Origin: Macrostomum lignano
Lineage: Eukaryota
Assembly: GCA_002269645.1 (NCBI GenBank)
Contig: NIVC01000187.1
Coordinates: forward strand, 1 to 64,000
Direction of reading: 5' to 3'
Length of the DNA stretch: 64,000 bases
Shown piece after piece: positions 58,968-64,000 of this stretch; within the stretch, counting starts at the first letter, position 1, and each line of letters begins with the position of its first letter. The notes below the pieces were generated by a model. The model searched no databases and was not told the DNA's origin. It saw nothing but the letters and a program-made list of their open reading frames with translations. The translations under genes and the position numbers were made by a program.

Positions 58968-60194
58968 ATGAATTACGTATCAATCGTTTGGTATCTGCTT
59001 ATTTTGCCTTCTATTTCCGCAGCTGTTCACAGCGCTGATGGTCTGCAACCGGGATATCAGAATGCCACTTCCTTACCAGAAAGTTTACCCTATCTTGCCG
59101 TTTTTTGTTTGCATATCTGCGACGCTTCCTCTCTCTCCATCCCCTCTCCTCTCTCCTCCATCTCCTCTCCTCTCTCCTCCATCCCCTCTCCTCTCTCTCC
59201 TCCATCTCCTCTTCTCTCTTTTCCATCTCCTCTCCTCTCTCCTCCATCTCCTCTCCTCTCTCCTCCATCTCCTCTCTTCTCTCCTCCATCCCCTCTCCTC
59301 TCTCTCCTCTCTCTCCTCTCCTCTCTCATCCATCTCCTCTCCTCTCTCCTCCATCCCCTCTCCTCTCTCTCCTCCATCTCCTCTCCTCTCTCCTCCATCT
59401 CCTCTCCACAACCGGACCTGTCATGAGTTTGTGTGCAACAGGGGGCCGAACGGTTGTAGAAAGTGCAGGAATGCTATTCGTGTAGATGCTACCGTGACTC
59501 AAGTCTGGGTGAGTACACGTGTCTGCAACACTGATTTTTTCTGTTTTCTCTGGTCTTCTATTACGTTCCAAAATGCTTTCATAACGCAGATCTGGGCACA
59601 ACCATTGGGCCAATTCAACTGCTGGAAGACATTCCAGCATCGCGTGAGCAGCAACCTGAGCTTCGATAAGAACTGGACCGACTACTCTACTGGATTTGGC
59701 TTAGAAGAAGCCGATAATTTCTGGCTGGGCCTTGAGCAGATTCACCAGCTCACCAAACACGGAGGTCGCCGGGTCCGTTGGGAGCTGAGCGATTGGGACA
59801 AAATTGGTACTGGACGGAGAACTTGAACTTCACCGTGTCCGGGCCCAAGGACAAGTACCGAGCTGTCATTGGCGAGTTTGACTCGGCCGCTTCAAGCATT
59901 GGACAGGCCATGACGACTAGCGACATTGGCATCCAGGGTAACCAGTTTTCCACCCCGGACTCCGATAACGATTTGAGTCCGGATAATTGCGCTTTAGAGC
60001 GTCGCGGAGGCTGGTGGTTCGGATATTGTACTTTCTTCAATCCGAACGGCATCTACTTCGACTACCCGACAGCCTTGAGTGTGCACTACGCCCAGATGCC
60101 AATGATGTACCACTGCGTCGGGTGTCCCAGTTCTCTGGGCCAGAGCTACTCGCTGAGAACGGCAGAGTGCATGATTGAGCACTGGATCCCATGA
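58968..60194 (+). pseudogene. Secreted fibrinogen-related protein (FBG domain), frame-disrupted in this sequence
   Basis: Signal peptide; FQHRVS..LSFDKNWTDYSTGFG...NFWLGLEQIHQLT, FSTPDSDND...NCA...GGWWFGYC...NPNG. A 277-bp CT repeat at 59130-59406 and a -1 shift at about 59800 break the frame. Intron at 59509-59589. Confidence 0.85.
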
Positions 60195-60599
60195 TACAGG
60201 ATCTAGAATCGTTTTTAAAAACAAACTGGAGATCAATCCTGATTAACAAGAATAATATCGGACTGTTTGTATAAAAACTATTAAAACAAAATAGTTTTTT
60301 TTAAATTCCCGGAAACATTTATTATATCCAAACGTGTTTTAACAGACAGAAGCAGCCTCTAGCTTGGCGAGCTGCATCGCATGTCGTAAAAAGTTTTTAA
60401 CTAAATTAAAAAAGTTTCAACTTACGGGCCATCTGACAATTTGAATCATGCGGATATGGACTGCTAATAATTCCCGCATTAAATATTTTGTGAGCATCCT
60501 AAAAGCGTTGATAAATATGCAAATATTTGTATCACGGCTCTCCTCTCTCCTCCATCTCCTCTCCTCTCTCCTCCATCCCCTCTCCTCTCCATCCTTCTC

Positions 60600-61061
60600 C
60601 TCTCTTTCCATCCCCTCTCCTTTCTCCCCTTTTCAATGCCTGATTTTGACTCACTGGCAGCAACCCCTAGTCCGTCCCGGTGCACGCAGGGAATCGAGCA
60701 CAGGACCTCAGTAGAGTTCGGCAGTGCCAGCGGCAGCAGTGATGAGGAGACCTGGTGCCGTAGGCGGGCGGACCCGCAGCAGCGCACCAGCTGGTGCAGC
60801 GGCAGCTGCTGCAGTCGCGGGTGTCGGTAGGCGCAGTCTCGAGACCGGCCGGCATGGCGAAGGGGCCTCCAGCTTGCCCGGCTTCGCCTCGGCGAAGATC
60901 AGCGGCAGGTCGACGCCGCCGATGTGGGTGACCCGGCAGACGGTGGGACTCAGCTGGCGTCCCCGGCTGTCCAGGAGGAGGCGCGCCTCGTCCAGGGGGT
61001 TCAGCGTCTCCGGAGGTCTTTTCGGAATCGGACTTTTGATTTCTTGTGCGGCTGTCCTTAT
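60600..61061 (-). CDS. GC-rich coding-like exon of an unidentified minus-strand gene
   Basis: IRTAAQEIKSPIPKRPPETLNPLDEARLLLDSRGRQLSPTVCRVTHIGGVDLPLIFAEAKP, with codon usage like the host genes; probable frameshift near 60860; boundaries uncertain. Confidence 0.35.
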
Positions 61062-61089
61062 CTGACCTTTCTTCTCCGTCGCCCACCCT

Positions 61090-61615
61090 GTGTTGCCCTC
61101 TCACCCTCTGTGTTCCCCTCTCACCCTCTGTGTTCCCCTCTCACCCTCTGTGTTCCCCTCTCACCCTCTGTGTTCCCCTCTCACCCTCTGTGTTCCCCTC
61201 TCACCCTCTGTGTTCCCCTCTCACCCTCTGTGTTCCCCTCTCACCCTCTGTGTTCCCCTCTCGCCATGTGTGTGTTCCCCCCTCACCCTCTGTGTTCCCC
61301 TCTCACCCTCTGTGTTCCCCTCTCACCCTCTATGTTCCCCTCTCACCCTCTGTGTTCCCCTCTCACCCTCTGTGTTCCCCTCTCACCCTCTGTGTTCCCC
61401 TCTCACCCTGTGTGTTCCCCTCTCACCCTCTGTGTTCCCCTCTCACTCTATGTGTTCCCCTCTCACCATCTGTGTTCCCCTCTCACCCTCTGTGTTCCCC
61501 TCTCACCCTCTGTGTTCCCCTCTCACCCTCTGTGTTCCCCTCTCACTCTATGTGTTCCCCTCTCACCCTCTATGTTCCCCTCTCACCCTCTGTGTTCCCC
61601 TCTCACCCTCTGTGT
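61090..61615. repeat. 20-bp minisatellite TCTCACCCTCTGTGTTCCCC
   Basis: Directly visible. Confidence 0.95.
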
Positions 61616-61934
61616 TCTATCACAGATAGAACACAAGAATATTTATCTTTGTCTTAATTATAAGTACCTGAAAATGAATATTGACTACATCTCTTTGCTA
61701 TCTGATCAGTGAGCCAAGCAATTTGTTTTTTACTTGTTCATCCTGTCAAAACTGAGACTTTGAAATTATTTTAAAGGACTTTTTAAAGAGTGAACTAGAA
61801 GAAAATCATACCAGCGTACTGAATATACTACTGATACACAGATACTAAGTAGGGGATCGAAGTGAAACAAAGTAGATCTCAGAAATACATGCACAGTATT
61901 AGACTATGATTTATTTATTCATAGTTCTATGGAT

Positions 61935-62800
61935 GAATCGCCCCAACCATAGAATCGCCCAACCATAGAATCGCCACAACCATAGAATCGCCCCAACCAT
62001 AGAATCGCCCCAACCATAGAATCGCCCAACCATAGAATCGCCACAACCATAGAATTGCCCCAACCATAGAATCACCCCAACCATAGAATCGCCCAACCAT
62101 AGAATCGCCACAACCATAGAATCGCCCCAACCATAGAATCGCCCCAACCATAGAATCGCCCCAACCATAGAATCGCCCCAACCATAGAATCGCCCCAACC
62201 ATAGAATCGCCCCAACCATAGAATCGCCCCAACCATAGAATCGCCCCAACCATAGAATTGCCCCAACCATAGAATCGCCCCAACCATAGAATCGCCCCAA
62301 CCATAGAATTGCCCCAACCATAGAATCGCCCCAACCATAGAATCGCCCCAACCATAGAATCGCCCCAACCATAGAATCGCCCAACCATAGAATCGCCACA
62401 ACCATAGAATCGCCCCAACCATAGAATCGCCCCAACCATAGAATCGCCCCAACCATAGAATCGCCCCAACCATAGAATTACCCCAACCATAGAATCGCCC
62501 CAACCATAGAATCGCCCCAACCATAGAATCGCCCCAACCATAGAATCGCCACAACCATAGAATCGCCCCAACCATAGAATCGCCCCAACCATAGAATCGC
62601 CCCAACCATAGAATCGCCCCAACCATAGAATTGCCCCAACCATAGAATCGCCCCAACCATAGAATCGCCCCAACCATAGAATCGCCCCGATCATAGAATC
62701 GCCTCAACCACAGAATCGCCCCAACCATAGAATCGCCCCAACCATAGAATCGCCCCAACCACAGAATCGCCCCAACCACAGAATCGCCCCAACTTTAGAA
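61935..62800. repeat. 17-bp minisatellite ATAGAATCGCCCCAACC
   Basis: Directly visible. Confidence 0.95.
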
Positions 62801-62891
62801 TTACCCCAAACACAGAATCGGGGGACAACCAAGCACAATAACCCACCACAACCCGAAAACCTACTAAGCAAGCCATTTGCTGAAATTCCAG

Positions 62892-63338
62892 CCCAGCATC
62901 CTGGCTTCAATTCTGCATTTTGACAATCCCATTCGTGATCTGCGTGATTGACTTCCCAATAGAGCGCTACGCCATCTTTTCCTTGGCCTTCAATGCCGTC
63001 TGCGTGGTGACCTACCTCGGCTGCCTGCTGCACAAGAGCCTGTCTCAGGGGTCTGCTGCCTCATCAACTCTGCCCATCACTACTCATGCCATAGCTGACA
63101 ATGGAGCGAAGAAGCTATCCAGACCTCCGTACAATGACTTGCTGGCGATCTACCGATCCATAGTGTACATCAGCACGACTGTGTGCATCTTCGCTAGGGA
63201 CCAGCCCTGCTGGAATAACGATTTCAGCAAGACGCTCAATTTCGGCACAGGGCTGATGGACGTGGGCATCGGCTGTTTTGTGATCTGCATCGGGTCGCTT
63301 GGGCCGACCGCTAATCAGCCGATCGATAGGGTGGATAA
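62892..63338 (+). CDS. PIGW: Internal exon of a PIGW/GWT1-like GPI inositol acyltransferase (partial)
   Basis: YRSIVYISTTVCIFARD...FSKTLNFGTGLMDVGIGCFV matches the GWT1 pattern YR...T..(C/A)IxAxD...FxKT..(Y/F)G..LMDxGxGxFV. Donor AA|GTGAGC at 63339; apparent +1 shift in the T-run near 62918. Confidence 0.65.
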
Positions 63339-63504
63339 GTGAGCCTGTCAATCTCATAAAATATCACGCTTTTGATTCAATAATCAGGCTGTTAAAACGG
63401 AATCATTTCACCTCTTAGAGTCACACTTGAAGTAGAATACCATGCCTTTTCCTAATAATTTTACCCAGATAGTCTTATTGCTAGATAATCCACTGATCCT
63501 CAGA

Positions 63505-64000
63505 ACCCAGAGAGAATCACACCTCCGAGAGAATCACACCTCAGAGAGAATCACACCTCAGAGAGAATCACACCAACAGAGAGAATCACACCTCAGAGAG
63601 AATCACACCTCAGAGAGAATCACACCTCAGAGAGAATCACACCTCAGAGAGAATCACACCACAGAGAGAATCACACCACAGAGAGAATAACACCTCAGAG
63701 AGAATCACACCACAGAGAGAATAACACCTCAGAGAGAATCACACCTCAGAGAGAATCACACCTCAGAGAGAATCACACCTCACAGAGAATCACACCTCAC
63801 AGAGAATCACACCTCAGAGAGAATCACACCAACAGAGAGAATCACACCTGAGAGAATCACACCTCAGAGAGAATCACACCACAGAGAGAATAACACCTCA
63901 GAGAGAATCACACCTCAGAGAGAATCACACCTCAGAGAGAATCACACCTCACAGAGAATCACACCTCACAGAGAATCACACCTCAGAGAATCACACCTCA
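63505..64000. repeat. 17-bp minisatellite CAGAGAGAATCACACCT, running off the window
   Basis: Directly visible. Confidence 0.95.

Overview
Eukaryotic (invertebrate animal) genomic DNA with GC-rich spliced genes, AT-rich spacers and very dense minisatellites (roughly 18 kb by my rough sum). The style resembles the flatworm Macrostomum, but that is inference only. Positions 1 to about 5.8 kb are one end of a decaying Maverick/Polinton (adintovirus-like) element: pPolB N-terminus, an adenovirus pX-like protein, c-integrase, a parvovirus-type PLA2, a penton fragment and hairpin-rich subterminal repeats. Host genes that follow are two tandem Ly6/uPAR-like GPI-protein paralogs, DNAI2 (6 exons), a group II-like metabotropic glutamate receptor (5 exons, 1169 aa), a GT32 glycosyltransferase, a disrupted fibrinogen-related gene and a PIGW-like exon. 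Other mobile DNA includes a 4.2 kb TA-flanked TIR element carrying only a DUF4806-like gene, two hAT-type MITEs, a CORE-type SINE, an internally deleted Crypton, a LINE RNase H fragment and a probable Helitron end. The two most unusual observations are both in mGluR intron 1. One is a 298-bp MITE carrying the 28S rRNA segment that contains the R2/I-PpoI target site, with that site altered. The other is a 236-bp palindrome encoding a minimal hammerhead ribozyme on each strand. All family calls come from motif recognition by eye; no database search was run.
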